Source: an uncultured Acetatifactor sp.
GTDB taxonomy: Bacteria; Bacillota; Clostridia; Lachnospirales; Lachnospiraceae
NCBI GenBank assembly: GCA_947581905.1
Contig: CANPWC010000001.1
Coordinates: 1-42,600, forward strand
Direction of reading: 5' to 3'
DNA: 42,600 nt
Shown here: in pieces, positions 17,065-26,288 of the stretch
How positions within the stretch are numbered: position 1 is the stretch's first letter
How the letters are laid out: the number at the start of each line of letters is the position of its first letter
Position numbers and translations under genes: made by a program
The notes under the pieces: generated by a model
Told to the model about the DNA's origin: nothing
Seen by the model: the letters and a program-made list of their open reading frames with translations, nothing else
Databases searched by the model: none

Positions 17065-20000
17065 ATGAAAGCATTTCAGAACCAAAGAGGCGCGGTATCC
17101 ATCTTCCTGGTCTTGATCTTAGTGCCGATGCTGACCGTGTCGGCGCTCTTCGTGGATGCCAGCAAACTGTCCTTGGCCCGGTCCGTCAGCGCTTCCGCCA
17201 CGGATCTGGCGCTGAATACGGCGCTGACCAATTATGATACGAAGCTTAAGGATATGTACGGCTTGTTCGCCACGGCCCAGGATATGGACGATCTGTTTGG
17301 GCGGCTGGAGGATTATTATCGCACCTGCATCACATCCTCAGGGGTGGATGAGGAGGACGCGGAGTCTTATACGCAGAAGATCATGGCCCAGCTGGGACTG
17401 GTCGCGGACAGCGGGAATGTGGCGGACCTGCTGAATATGGAACTGATGGATTTCAGCGTCGAGAAATATAAGGATGCCAACCTGGCGAACCCTACCATCT
17501 TAAAGAAGCAGATCATAGACTTCATGAAATATCGCGCCCCCATCAATACGGGGATGAAGTTTGTGGCTGCCTTGGAATCTTTTACCACGCTGGGCAAGCA
17601 GACGAAGATGATCGAGGGCAGGACGAACTACTACAAGGAACAGCAGACTGCCATGGAGTATGCGCAGGCTGCCTGGTCGGAGATCAATGCTTACAACCGA
17701 AGTGAATTTATTACCAATGCCAGCTTCTTTTCTTTGTTAAAGACCGCGTTTGACGGCTATCAGGTACAGTATGAGGGGACGGCGGATGCGCAAAGGACGG
17801 ACGGCTTTGCCGGCAAGACCATCCGGGACCTGTATGGTAACGAGAATCGGGATATGCGGGGTTATGTGACCTATAATTATTATGCCGAATCCGTTGAAGA
17901 AGATGTGGGGAACGGCGTGAAAGAAATGATTCCGAGGTTTTATACGAATAGCGATAAGACGAGCTGGGACCTTGCATATATTGACATGACGACTTACTCT
18001 GAAGACGAGCCGGCCAATGCAGACGATATCAGGAGGACCTTGAAGAACTACTATGACGCGGAAGCCGCCTATGTGCAAGCAGAAAGCAACCTGCTGCCCA
18101 TCGATTTTGATAATTTAGGCGCGGTCTATGGCCTCCAATACCTGATGCAGACGGATCGGGGCAAGTATTATTCGGCCTGGACCTCTGCCATGAGGACGCT
18201 TTACCAGCGCTATAGCGAGATGCGGCATGCCGTGGCTTTTAAAGGCCAGGATGGCTTTATGACCTACACGGCCGATTTTGATGGTGATGGCGTGGAAACG
18301 TCTTATGGAGATTACTATAACCAGTTTTGTGTAAATTATGAAACACACTCAGGCATCTTTGATACAAATGTGACGAAGATGACGCCCACCCTTAAGAATT
18401 TTGCCAATGCCGTAGGTAACACGCAGACATCCACGACGGATACGAACAATAAGATCGTGGCTAATTATGAGCAGATCAGTAAGTATAGGAAAGCGATTGC
18501 CGACGCGGTGCCTCATCTGGTAAATGCGGTGGAACAGCTTGGGAAGCTTTATGATTGTGTCAAGCCTGGCGGGACGCTGGAGCAGAAAGCGGACGCCTGG
18601 CAGAAGACCACGGAGGATTCGGACGTGAAAGATACCTCCATGGCGAAGCAGGATCAGGCGGAGATCAAGGATGCTTCCTCTTATTTGGATGCGGACGAGG
18701 TGCAGAAGCTGATCGACCGTATCAATAACGTCATCCCGCACCTGCAAGACATGTTGACCCAGATTGACAGCTACAAGTTCTTCGGGACCTATATCGGGGA
18801 GATCAGTGATTATAATTCCCTGAAAAATCTGTTGAAATCGAGTATTGGTGATTATGAGCTGCTGCATGTCCCGACCACGACGGCTGAATTGAACGCCAAG
18901 GTAAGCGGATGGGTGAGCGGGAAGTTCGTCATTGGAAAGCCGGTGGACATTACCTGGAACAAGGGGGACAGCGCGGCGGACCTGACCATCAGCAATAAGC
19001 CGAAGTTCTATGATTACCTGCATTCCAAGTTCAATGCCGCGGGGACCGGCGACACGGATACGACTGAGAAAAAGGAGGATCAGGAAAACGGCGAGAACCT
19101 TTATAACAAAGTAAAGAGCAGTTTTAGCTCAAATGCCAGCGGAAGCAAGGATGAAGCGAAAAAGGGCAACATTTCTAATTCCCATGAGATTTCGGGGCTG
19201 TCAAACTTGCCTTCCAGTGGGAGCAATTACACGACGAAGAGCATGGACCTGACGCCGGATGAAAATTCCGCTTCTTCCGCTAGCGGGATTTCTTCGTTGT
19301 TTTCCCAGGGATTGTTAAACGCGATCGCCGACCTGGCCACGGACCTTAGGGACAACCTATATGTATCAGATTATATCCTGAGCATGTTCAGCTATGACAC
19401 GCTGGTCAAGGAGTATGAGAAAAATCATGACGGCGAGGAGGCCGGGGAAGAGGATATTAAGACCCTGACCTTGAATCCCATCAATGCCAAGTATAATTAT
19501 GCTTATGGCAAGGAAGTGGAATATGTCATTTACGGGGGAAAGAACGCAGACAACCTGGCGAAAGCCTATGGGACCATCTTCGCCATCCGTTTCGTGTTCA
19601 ATGTGATATACGCTTTCATGAGCTCTGAAGTGCGAAGCGAGGCCTTGGCTATCGCCACGCCGATTTCTGCGGCGACCCTGGGCATCATCCCGGTGCCGTT
19701 GATCCAGGCCATCCTGATCATTGGAATCGCCTGCTGTGAATCGGGCATTGACCTGGTGGAGCTTCGAGACGGAGAGAAGGTGCCCCTATTTAAGAGCAAG
19801 GATACCTGGCGTACTTCTATTAGCGGCATGGTGACTCTTGCGAAGGAGGAAACCGCGGAATTTTTGAAAGAAACTGGTAAAAAGGTAATTGACGCGGGCA
19901 CGGAGAAGTTGACAGAGCTCCTGGATATGGCGGATGAGGAGCTGACGAAATTCATTAACGATAATACAGAAGAATTTGAGAACCGTGTGGGCGGCGCTTT

Positions 20001-20877
20001 TGATGATCTGATCACCCGCCATGTCGAAGTGGCCATGCAAAAGGTAAGCACCCTGGTGGAGAATGCGCTCAATGAGAACCTGATGGACGACAGCGGGACG
20101 GATATTGTGACCGCCACTGTCAATGATACCTTAGATGGCCTGGATGAATGGCTGGCCCAGGAGGGTCCGAACCAGTCGGAGATCGTTTACCAGATTGAGC
20201 AGCAGGTGGTGCAGCTCTTACGTGAGAATTCGGGAGCGGCCCTTCGTCCTTATGTGCAGGCGGTCCAGGATGTCCGGAATGGAATAACGGGCAGTATTGA
20301 AGAAGCAAGTAATAAAATTTTGGATCAGCTCAATTCCATTAAGGGTAAAATCACTGGCAAAATCTCCGAGGTAGGTGGGATAGTAGAACAATATAAGGGA
20401 GAGATGGTCTCGAAAGTGAAAGAGTCTGCAAAAGAAGGCGCTGGAAAGCTGAAAGATACCTTGAATGAGCAGCTTGACAGCATCTTCGACAATGCCAGCG
20501 CGGATCCCAGCGTCGGCAGTACGGGAGGAGAGGGCGGAGATGGCTCCGGCTTGTCGTCCCTGATCGCGTTCGCTTACAGCGATTATTTGCGGCTGTTTTT
20601 GATCATTGGCTTGTTCGCGAACCAGGAATCCGTCTTGAAGCGGACGGCGGACGTCATCCAGGTGAATATGGCGATGCAGCCTCCTGTAAGCGACCCGTCC
20701 AGCGCCACGTTATCAGATTACGTCCTAAGCAAGTCCTCTGTCTATGTGCAGGTGACTTCCACGATCCAGGTAAAGCCCACCATGCTGGCGCTGCCGCTGT
20801 TTGCGGATGTGGAGAACAATCCGGCTTCGGATAGCGGCTGGTATACGTTTACTTCCTCGGACATCAGAGGATATTGA
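17065..20877 (+). CDS. giant TadG-like minor pilin/adhesin (1270 aa, DUF5702-like C-terminal region)
   Basis: NQRG/AVSIFLVLIL, L..YD..L...YGLFA, QI.DFMKYRAP, EVEYVIYG..N, and YSDYLRLFL motifs typical of firmicute Tad loci; family name from recall. Confidence 0.72.
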   Translation: MKAFQNQRGAVSIFLVLILVPMLTVSALFVDASKLSLARSVSASATDLALNTALTNYDTKLKDMYGLFATAQDMDDLFGRLEDYYRTCITSSGVDEEDAESYTQKIMAQLGLVADSGNVADLLNMELMDFSVEKYKDANLANPTILKKQIIDFMKYRAPINTGMKFVAALESFTTLGKQTKMIEGRTNYYKEQQTAMEYAQAAWSEINAYNRSEFITNASFFSLLKTAFDGYQVQYEGTADAQRTDGFAGKTIRDLYGNENRDMRGYVTYNYYAESVEEDVGNGVKEMIPRFYTNSDKTSWDLAYIDMTTYSEDEPANADDIRRTLKNYYDAEAAYVQAESNLLPIDFDNLGAVYGLQYLMQTDRGKYYSAWTSAMRTLYQRYSEMRHAVAFKGQDGFMTYTADFDGDGVETSYGDYYNQFCVNYETHSGIFDTNVTKMTPTLKNFANAVGNTQTSTTDTNNKIVANYEQISKYRKAIADAVPHLVNAVEQLGKLYDCVKPGGTLEQKADAWQKTTEDSDVKDTSMAKQDQAEIKDASSYLDADEVQKLIDRINNVIPHLQDMLTQIDSYKFFGTYIGEISDYNSLKNLLKSSIGDYELLHVPTTTAELNAKVSGWVSGKFVIGKPVDITWNKGDSAADLTISNKPKFYDYLHSKFNAAGTGDTDTTEKKEDQENGENLYNKVKSSFSSNASGSKDEAKKGNISNSHEISGLSNLPSSGSNYTTKSMDLTPDENSASSASGISSLFSQGLLNAIADLATDLRDNLYVSDYILSMFSYDTLVKEYEKNHDGEEAGEEDIKTLTLNPINAKYNYAYGKEVEYVIYGGKNADNLAKAYGTIFAIRFVFNVIYAFMSSEVRSEALAIATPISAATLGIIPVPLIQAILIIGIACCESGIDLVELRDGEKVPLFKSKDTWRTSISGMVTLAKEETAEFLKETGKKVIDAGTEKLTELLDMADEELTKFINDNTEEFENRVGGAFDDLITRHVEVAMQKVSTLVENALNENLMDDSGTDIVTATVNDTLDGLDEWLAQEGPNQSEIVYQIEQQVVQLLRENSGAALRPYVQAVQDVRNGITGSIEEASNKILDQLNSIKGKITGKISEVGGIVEQYKGEMVSKVKESAKEGAGKLKDTLNEQLDSIFDNASADPSVGSTGGEGGDGSGLSSLIAFAYSDYLRLFLIIGLFANQESVLKRTADVIQVNMAMQPPVSDPSSATLSDYVLSKSSVYVQVTSTIQVKPTMLALPLFADVENNPASDSGWYTFTSSDIRGY

Positions 20878-20945
20878 CCTGCCTGTGCCGTCGGCGTAAG
20901 GGAGGAATCAAGCGCCGCCCAATTGGCGGCAGAATGCGAGGAAAG

Positions 20946-22331
20946 ATGGATACGCGACAGAAGAGAGAACAAGGGTCTATCACGATAGAGGCCACGGTTT
21001 CCTTGTCCATGTTCATGTTTACCATTGTGACGGTCTTGACCCTGGTGAACATCTGCATGATCCAGGAAAGGATCGGCGTGGCGATCAGTGCCACGGCGAA
21101 GGAACTGTCCCAGTACAGTTACCTGTATTCCCTGACAGGCTTCCCGCAGAGCGAGGCGGAGCTTGCGGCGGCAGGCAAGAAGGACACGGAAGAAATGAAT
21201 GAAATCATGGGCAACATCAGCGCGGTATTCTCTTCCATGGAAGACATGGAAGGGACGGTTGCGGAATTGCCGAACTCAGACTTGTCCGAGGAAGCCTTGA
21301 CCGGCGCATGGGATTCCATTAATTCATCCCTTGACGACATCGAGGCAAGCGGGCAGGCGATCGAGAACTCCATAGAGGCCATTGCGGACGATCCCTCCAA
21401 GCTGATTTTCGGGATTGCCAAGCTGGCTGCCAGCGAAGGCTTGGAAATGGCGAAGTCCCGCCTGATCGCGGCCCCCTTGGCGAAGTTTTTCTGTAAGAAG
21501 CACTTGTGCGACAGCGGCAAAGATACGGAGGCTTTCCTGCGGCAGTTGGGCGTGGTCCCTTCTGCAAGCGGCAAGTATCTGGATGGGCTGGATTTCACCC
21601 AATCCTCCCTTTTCCCTTATGGGTCCAATGAGATCACCATCCGGGTTTCCTATGATGCCAAGGTCATACCGTTGCTTCCGTTGGATTTCACGTTCCACTT
21701 CCGTCAGACGGCCATTACCCATGGCTGGCTGTCAGGAGAGGTCACTTATAAGTCGTCGGAGGATGTGGCGGAGACCATTACAAAGGCGAATGAGAGCATA
21801 TGGACGCAGATGGAGCCTTCTGAGCGTGCCAAATTCATCCGAAAGCAAGTGACCGCGGACATGGGGGATGAAGGATATCTGAAAGTCAGCAGCTTTATCG
21901 AAAAAGGAAATAACAGCGGCATCGACCTTTATAACCCGGAGACCAATGAATTTGTGGCGATCCATTCTTTCAACCCGCTTGGTGAAGCCGAGACGTTGGA
22001 GAATCTGAATGATGATGTCTTACAGTCGACGATCGAGGAGTATTGCGGTTCCATTACCGCGACGACCAGTGGCAAGACCCAGGTCTATACCAGCAAGGGA
22101 CAGACAGATCCTCATGACTGCACTGGCGCCACCAATAGGGTCGTCCTGGTCATCCCGGAGGATGAAGGGTTTAAGGAAAAGATGGAAGAGATCATCGCGA
22201 AGTCTGAGAAGCGCGGCGTGACGATCGAGCTGGTGACAGGATATGGCAACGGCGCGCCCAAGACGGTGGTTTCCAAGAATCCGGAGCCTGCGGGCGAGGA
22301 AGCCTCTCCGGAACCTGCGGGAGGCGAATAA
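20946..22331 (+). CDS. TadE-like minor pilin with C-terminal nuclease-toxin-like domain
   Basis: REQG/SITIEATVSL prepilin motif with E+5, and ELSQYSY. The C-terminal about 150 aa resemble the CdiA-CT EC869-type fold (see findings). Confidence 0.75.
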   Translation: MDTRQKREQGSITIEATVSLSMFMFTIVTVLTLVNICMIQERIGVAISATAKELSQYSYLYSLTGFPQSEAELAAAGKKDTEEMNEIMGNISAVFSSMEDMEGTVAELPNSDLSEEALTGAWDSINSSLDDIEASGQAIENSIEAIADDPSKLIFGIAKLAASEGLEMAKSRLIAAPLAKFFCKKHLCDSGKDTEAFLRQLGVVPSASGKYLDGLDFTQSSLFPYGSNEITIRVSYDAKVIPLLPLDFTFHFRQTAITHGWLSGEVTYKSSEDVAETITKANESIWTQMEPSERAKFIRKQVTADMGDEGYLKVSSFIEKGNNSGIDLYNPETNEFVAIHSFNPLGEAETLENLNDDVLQSTIEEYCGSITATTSGKTQVYTSKGQTDPHDCTGATNRVVLVIPEDEGFKEKMEEIIAKSEKRGVTIELVTGYGNGAPKTVVSKNPEPAGEEASPEPAGGE

Positions 22332-22336
22332 GGAAG

Positions 22337-23056
22337 ATGAATCAGAATGATATGTTGACAGTTGGGATCGAGGTCGCGATGATGCTGCTTTCCACGGGGC
22401 TTGGTTATGCGGCGGCATGTTGTTACTTAAGGGGGGAGAAGCTGCTTGCCCTTCCTTGGAGGGATCTCCTCCCCAATACGCCGTCCAGGTTCTTATACCT
22501 GGCGGCGGAGCTTGGCTCTTTCGTGGCGCTCATTTACATGTTTCAAACGGTATACAAGTCCGAGCCGATCCACCGTGTCGGGCTGTTGGCGCTGGTGGCG
22601 TTCCTGTTCCCCATTGCCGCGGTGGACCATCGGACGCAGAAGATCCCGAACAAGTTCCTGCTTGCCGCCCTGTGGGCGCGGCTGGCGGTCCTGGCGGTCG
22701 ATGTGCTTTCCAGGGGGTTAGTCTATGGGGATGCGGCCGCTTCCATGGCGGACCGCTTCCTGCAGGTCGCCGTTGACTGCGGGGTAGGGGCGTTGGTCCT
22801 GGGAGGCTTCTTCTTACTGATTAAAGTGCTTTTCCGGGGAAGCCTCGGCATGGGGGATGTGAAGCTGTTTGCGCTCATCGGCCTGTACCAGGGCTTATGG
22901 GGAGCCATCAACTCCTTGTTTTTTTCCCTGGTGGCGGCGTTCCTCCTTTCCATCCTCTTGATGGCGACGAGGAAAAAGGGGCATAAGGATGTGATCCCGT
23001 TCGGCCCCAGCGTCCTGGTCGGGACGGTAATAGCAATAGGATTATCTGGAATATAG
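22337..23056 (+). CDS. A24 prepilin peptidase (TadV/CpaA-like)
   Basis: Polytopic membrane protein with both catalytic Asp motifs (AVDHRTQKIPN, GMGDVKL) and IPFGP. Confidence 0.9.
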   Translation: MNQNDMLTVGIEVAMMLLSTGLGYAAACCYLRGEKLLALPWRDLLPNTPSRFLYLAAELGSFVALIYMFQTVYKSEPIHRVGLLALVAFLFPIAAVDHRTQKIPNKFLLAALWARLAVLAVDVLSRGLVYGDAAASMADRFLQVAVDCGVGALVLGGFFLLIKVLFRGSLGMGDVKLFALIGLYQGLWGAINSLFFSLVAAFLLSILLMATRKKGHKDVIPFGPSVLVGTVIAIGLSGI

Positions 23057-23068
23057 GAGAGCTTGCGT

Positions 23069-24388
23069 ATGAAGAACTACAGAAACTTGTTACCCATCGT
23101 GTTGATCGTGTTGATGCTGGTCTCATGGTTCAAGCTGGCTAGCTCCGCTACGGAAAGCGCGGATGAAGTCACGGACTACCTGAAGATCGCCCGGGAGAAT
23201 GCCGCCCAGGGGATTACCAAGACGGCGATCGATAATTACGTGGCCGCGCTGGCGATCGAGCCGGACGTGGACGTCTATGTGGAAGTGGCCGAGTATTACA
23301 AGTCCCAGGGCAATAAGAATGACTGGCAGAATTGGTGCGAAATCTTCCTGGAGAAATACCCGACGGAGCCGAAAGCCTATGACTGCAGCCTGGAGGCGTA
23401 TTTGTCAGCGGAAGATTATCCGCAGTGCTTCGAAATCCTGGAGACCGCTTCCAAGAGGAGGCTGTCCTCGGAATACATGACGCAGACCGCGGAGCAGATC
23501 GCCTACGTGTTTGATTACGAATATGGCTCTTTCCAGGACGTGGGCGTCTACAGCAATAATTTCTGCGCCATCCAGAAGAACGATAAATGGGGCTTCATCA
23601 ACCGCCTGGGCGACATCGAGATCAACTGCAAGTACACGACCGTAGGCGCTTACACCGGCAGCGGCCTTGCGCCGGTGGTGGACAAGGACGGCGATGTGTA
23701 CCTCATTGACAAGGATGGCAATAAAATGGCGGTGCCTCCCGCGGAATCCGGCTATCAGGAGCTGGGCCTGTTGGTGGAAGAGAAGATCGCGGCCAAGAGG
23801 CCGGATGGGAAATACGAGTATGTAAGGTACGCGGACGCCATGTGGCAGGAAGTGTTCGGCAATTATGACTATGCCTCATCCTTTAACGGCGGGGTGGCTG
23901 CCGTAAGGAACGGGAACCAGTGGTCCCTGATTGATGCGGAGGGCAAGGAACTGACGCAGACGAAGTATGAGGACGTGAAGCTGGACGAGAAGCAGATCGC
24001 TTATCGGAATGAGCGCCTCTTCGTGAAAACGGGCGGCTCCTACGTGATGGTGGACATGGCCGGCAACCAGATCGGCACCCAGACCTTTGAGGACGCGAAA
24101 GTGTTCGGCGACACGACTTTCGCCGCGGTCAAGATCGGCGGGAAGTGGTGCTTCATCGATAAGGACGGCAACCTGAAGTCCGACAAGACCTATGAAGACG
24201 CCAGGTCTTATGTGAACGGCATGGCGGCCGTGCAGGTCGACGGGAAATGGGGCTTTGTGGACGCGGACGAGGAACTTAAGATTGCCGCGCAGTTTGACGG
24301 GGCGAAGGATTTCAATGAGAAAGGCAGCTGCTTTGTGAAAAACGGCGACACCTGGGAACTCTTGAAACTATATAGACTGAACAGATAG
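23069..24388 (+). CDS. exported TPR-like + WG-repeat protein
   Basis: Signal/TM helix, helical repeats, then KWGFINRLG, KWCFIDKDG and KWGFVDAD repeats with F/Y..G.AAV spacers. Confidence 0.82.
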   Translation: MKNYRNLLPIVLIVLMLVSWFKLASSATESADEVTDYLKIARENAAQGITKTAIDNYVAALAIEPDVDVYVEVAEYYKSQGNKNDWQNWCEIFLEKYPTEPKAYDCSLEAYLSAEDYPQCFEILETASKRRLSSEYMTQTAEQIAYVFDYEYGSFQDVGVYSNNFCAIQKNDKWGFINRLGDIEINCKYTTVGAYTGSGLAPVVDKDGDVYLIDKDGNKMAVPPAESGYQELGLLVEEKIAAKRPDGKYEYVRYADAMWQEVFGNYDYASSFNGGVAAVRNGNQWSLIDAEGKELTQTKYEDVKLDEKQIAYRNERLFVKTGGSYVMVDMAGNQIGTQTFEDAKVFGDTTFAAVKIGGKWCFIDKDGNLKSDKTYEDARSYVNGMAAVQVDGKWGFVDADEELKIAAQFDGAKDFNEKGSCFVKNGDTWELLKLYRLNR

Positions 24389-24399
24389 GAGAGAGGAAC

Positions 24400-26277
24400 A
24401 TGAGTAATTTTTCTTATGAGAACCAAGGAAACAATACTTTTCTGGTGTATGCGCTGGAAGAAAACGAAACCATCGATTCCATGGCGTTAGGGATGCTTAC
24501 GAACAACCGTATTCCGGGCCTTGCGCCTGCCATGTTCATGCAGATGAACGATACCAGGTTCATCAAGTACAACATCTCCTCCAAGGTCCAGGCGAGCCAG
24601 TTCTTCATGGGCCCGGTCAACCGCAAGAGGCTTTTGGGCGTGTTCGGCGGCATCGTGGACGCGATGCTTTCCGCGGAGGAATATATGATCGACCCCAATA
24701 CGCTCATGTTGGATCTGAATTACATTTTCGCGGATGTGAGCACCTGTGACACGGTGATGATCTGCCTGCCCGTCATGGGGGCGCAGTCCTCCGGCGTGGA
24801 CCTGGGGGCGTTTTTCCGCAACATCATTTTCACGACCCAGTTCGACCAGACGGAGAATTGTGACCATGTGGCGCTGCTCATCAACTACCTGAACAGCACG
24901 CAGGTGTTCTCCTTAACGGATTTCAAGGCTGTTTTGGACAGCATCGCAGGAAACGCGCCGAGGGCGGCGGCTCCTGCCCCCGCGCCGGCTCAGGCTCCCG
25001 TCCAGCAGCCTGCCCCTTCCCAGCCTGCCCAGCAGCCGTTCTACGGACAGCCTGCGCAGCCTAAGCCCGCGCCTACGCCCGCGCCCAAGCAGACGCCTCC
25101 TGTCCAGAACGTGCCACCCGTGCCGCCCGCGCAGCCTAAGAATGCCGCGCCGTTCGGCCTTGGGGCGCAGAACCAGAAGCAGAACGCTACGGTGGACATG
25201 TCCCGCCAGATGAACAATACGGTACCGAACATCCCGAACGTTCCGAATATTCCAAATGTCCCGAACGTCCCGAATGTCCCGAACATCCCCATTCCCGGCA
25301 GGGCCCCCGCGCAGCCTGCGGGAGCGCCGCAGCCTATGCCCGGCATGCCCGCCCCTGGCGCGCAGCCAAGCGGCGAGAAGCCCATGAGCGTGTTCTACCT
25401 GTTACAGCATTATAACAAAGAGAATGCGGAGATTTACAAAGCGCAGAAAGCGGAGAAGAAAGCCGGCAAGGGTGCAAAAGCGCCCGCGCAGCCTGCGGGA
25501 GCGCCGCAGCCGTTCGCACCGGCAGGCCCCGCTGGCGGCAACTTTGCCATGCCGGGGGCCCCGAAGCAGGGAGGCTTCGCGATCCCTGGACAGCCTGCGC
25601 CCGGACCGATGAGCATCCCTCAGCCGATGAACGCCGGCCAGCCCGGCATGCCGCCGCAGGGGCAGCCGAACATGGCACGCCCGATGCCGCCGCAGGGTCA
25701 GCCTAACATGGCACGTCCCATGCCGTCGCAGGGGCAGCCGAACATGGCACGCCCGATGCCGCCGCAGGGTCAGCCTAACATGGGCCGTCCAATGCCGCCC
25801 CAGGGCCAGCCTAGCATGCCGCAGCCCGCTCCTGCGCCTACGCCCGCGCCGCAGCCCATGCCTCGTCCGGTCATCCCCAATATGCCTTTGGGCGCTGATT
25901 TCGGGGAGACCAGCTTCGTCGATGTGGCGGATGATGATTCCAGCACGGTCATCATGGGAATGGGACAGACCCAACAGCAGTTTTCGCCGCACCTGATCCA
26001 TAAGAGCAACAACGAGAAGATCCCCATCAACAAGGAGATTTTCCGCATTGGCAGGGACGCTGACTTTAATGATTACGTGGTGACGAACAACCAGAGCGTA
26101 GGCCGCAGCCACTGTCATATTCTGACCAGGAATGGGGAATATTTTATCGTGGATGATAATTCCAAGAACCATACCTACGTGGATGGCGTGAACGCCCCCT
26201 CCGGATGCGAAGTCAAGATTTCCCACGGCCAGAACATCCGGCTGTCGAATGAAGAATTTGAATTCAGATTGTTTTAG
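24400..26277 (+). CDS. FHA-domain protein (DUF6382-like N-terminal domain, Pro/Gln-rich linker, C-terminal FHA)
   Basis: GMLTNNRIPGL..YNISSK..EEYMID..L.LD..YIF N-terminal domain and FRIGR...VGRSH...SKNHTYVDG FHA. Confidence 0.85.
   Translation: MSNFSYENQGNNTFLVYALEENETIDSMALGMLTNNRIPGLAPAMFMQMNDTRFIKYNISSKVQASQFFMGPVNRKRLLGVFGGIVDAMLSAEEYMIDPNTLMLDLNYIFADVSTCDTVMICLPVMGAQSSGVDLGAFFRNIIFTTQFDQTENCDHVALLINYLNSTQVFSLTDFKAVLDSIAGNAPRAAAPAPAPAQAPVQQPAPSQPAQQPFYGQPAQPKPAPTPAPKQTPPVQNVPPVPPAQPKNAAPFGLGAQNQKQNATVDMSRQMNNTVPNIPNVPNIPNVPNVPNVPNIPIPGRAPAQPAGAPQPMPGMPAPGAQPSGEKPMSVFYLLQHYNKENAEIYKAQKAEKKAGKGAKAPAQPAGAPQPFAPAGPAGGNFAMPGAPKQGGFAIPGQPAPGPMSIPQPMNAGQPGMPPQGQPNMARPMPPQGQPNMARPMPSQGQPNMARPMPPQGQPNMGRPMPPQGQPSMPQPAPAPTPAPQPMPRPVIPNMPLGADFGETSFVDVADDDSSTVIMGMGQTQQQFSPHLIHKSNNEKIPINKEIFRIGRDADFNDYVVTNNQSVGRSHCHILTRNGEYFIVDDNSKNHTYVDGVNAPSGCEVKISHGQNIRLSNEEFEFRLF
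25225..25287 (+). repeat. 9-bp coding tandem repeat x7 (P-N-I/V)
   Basis: CCGAACATC CCGAACGTT CCGAATATT CCAAATGTC CCGAACGTC CCGAATGTC CCGAACATC. Confidence 0.9.
25648..25818 (+). repeat. 36-bp coding tandem repeat x4.75 (MPPQGQPNMARP)
   Basis: Units start at 25648, 25684, 25720, 25756 and 25792 (partial). Confidence 0.92.
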
Positions 26278-26288
26278 GTGCATGCTTT

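Noticed and set aside
25225-25818. Tandem repeats as a CRISPR array
   Set aside because: They are in-frame coding repeats without unique spacers, and no cas genes are present.
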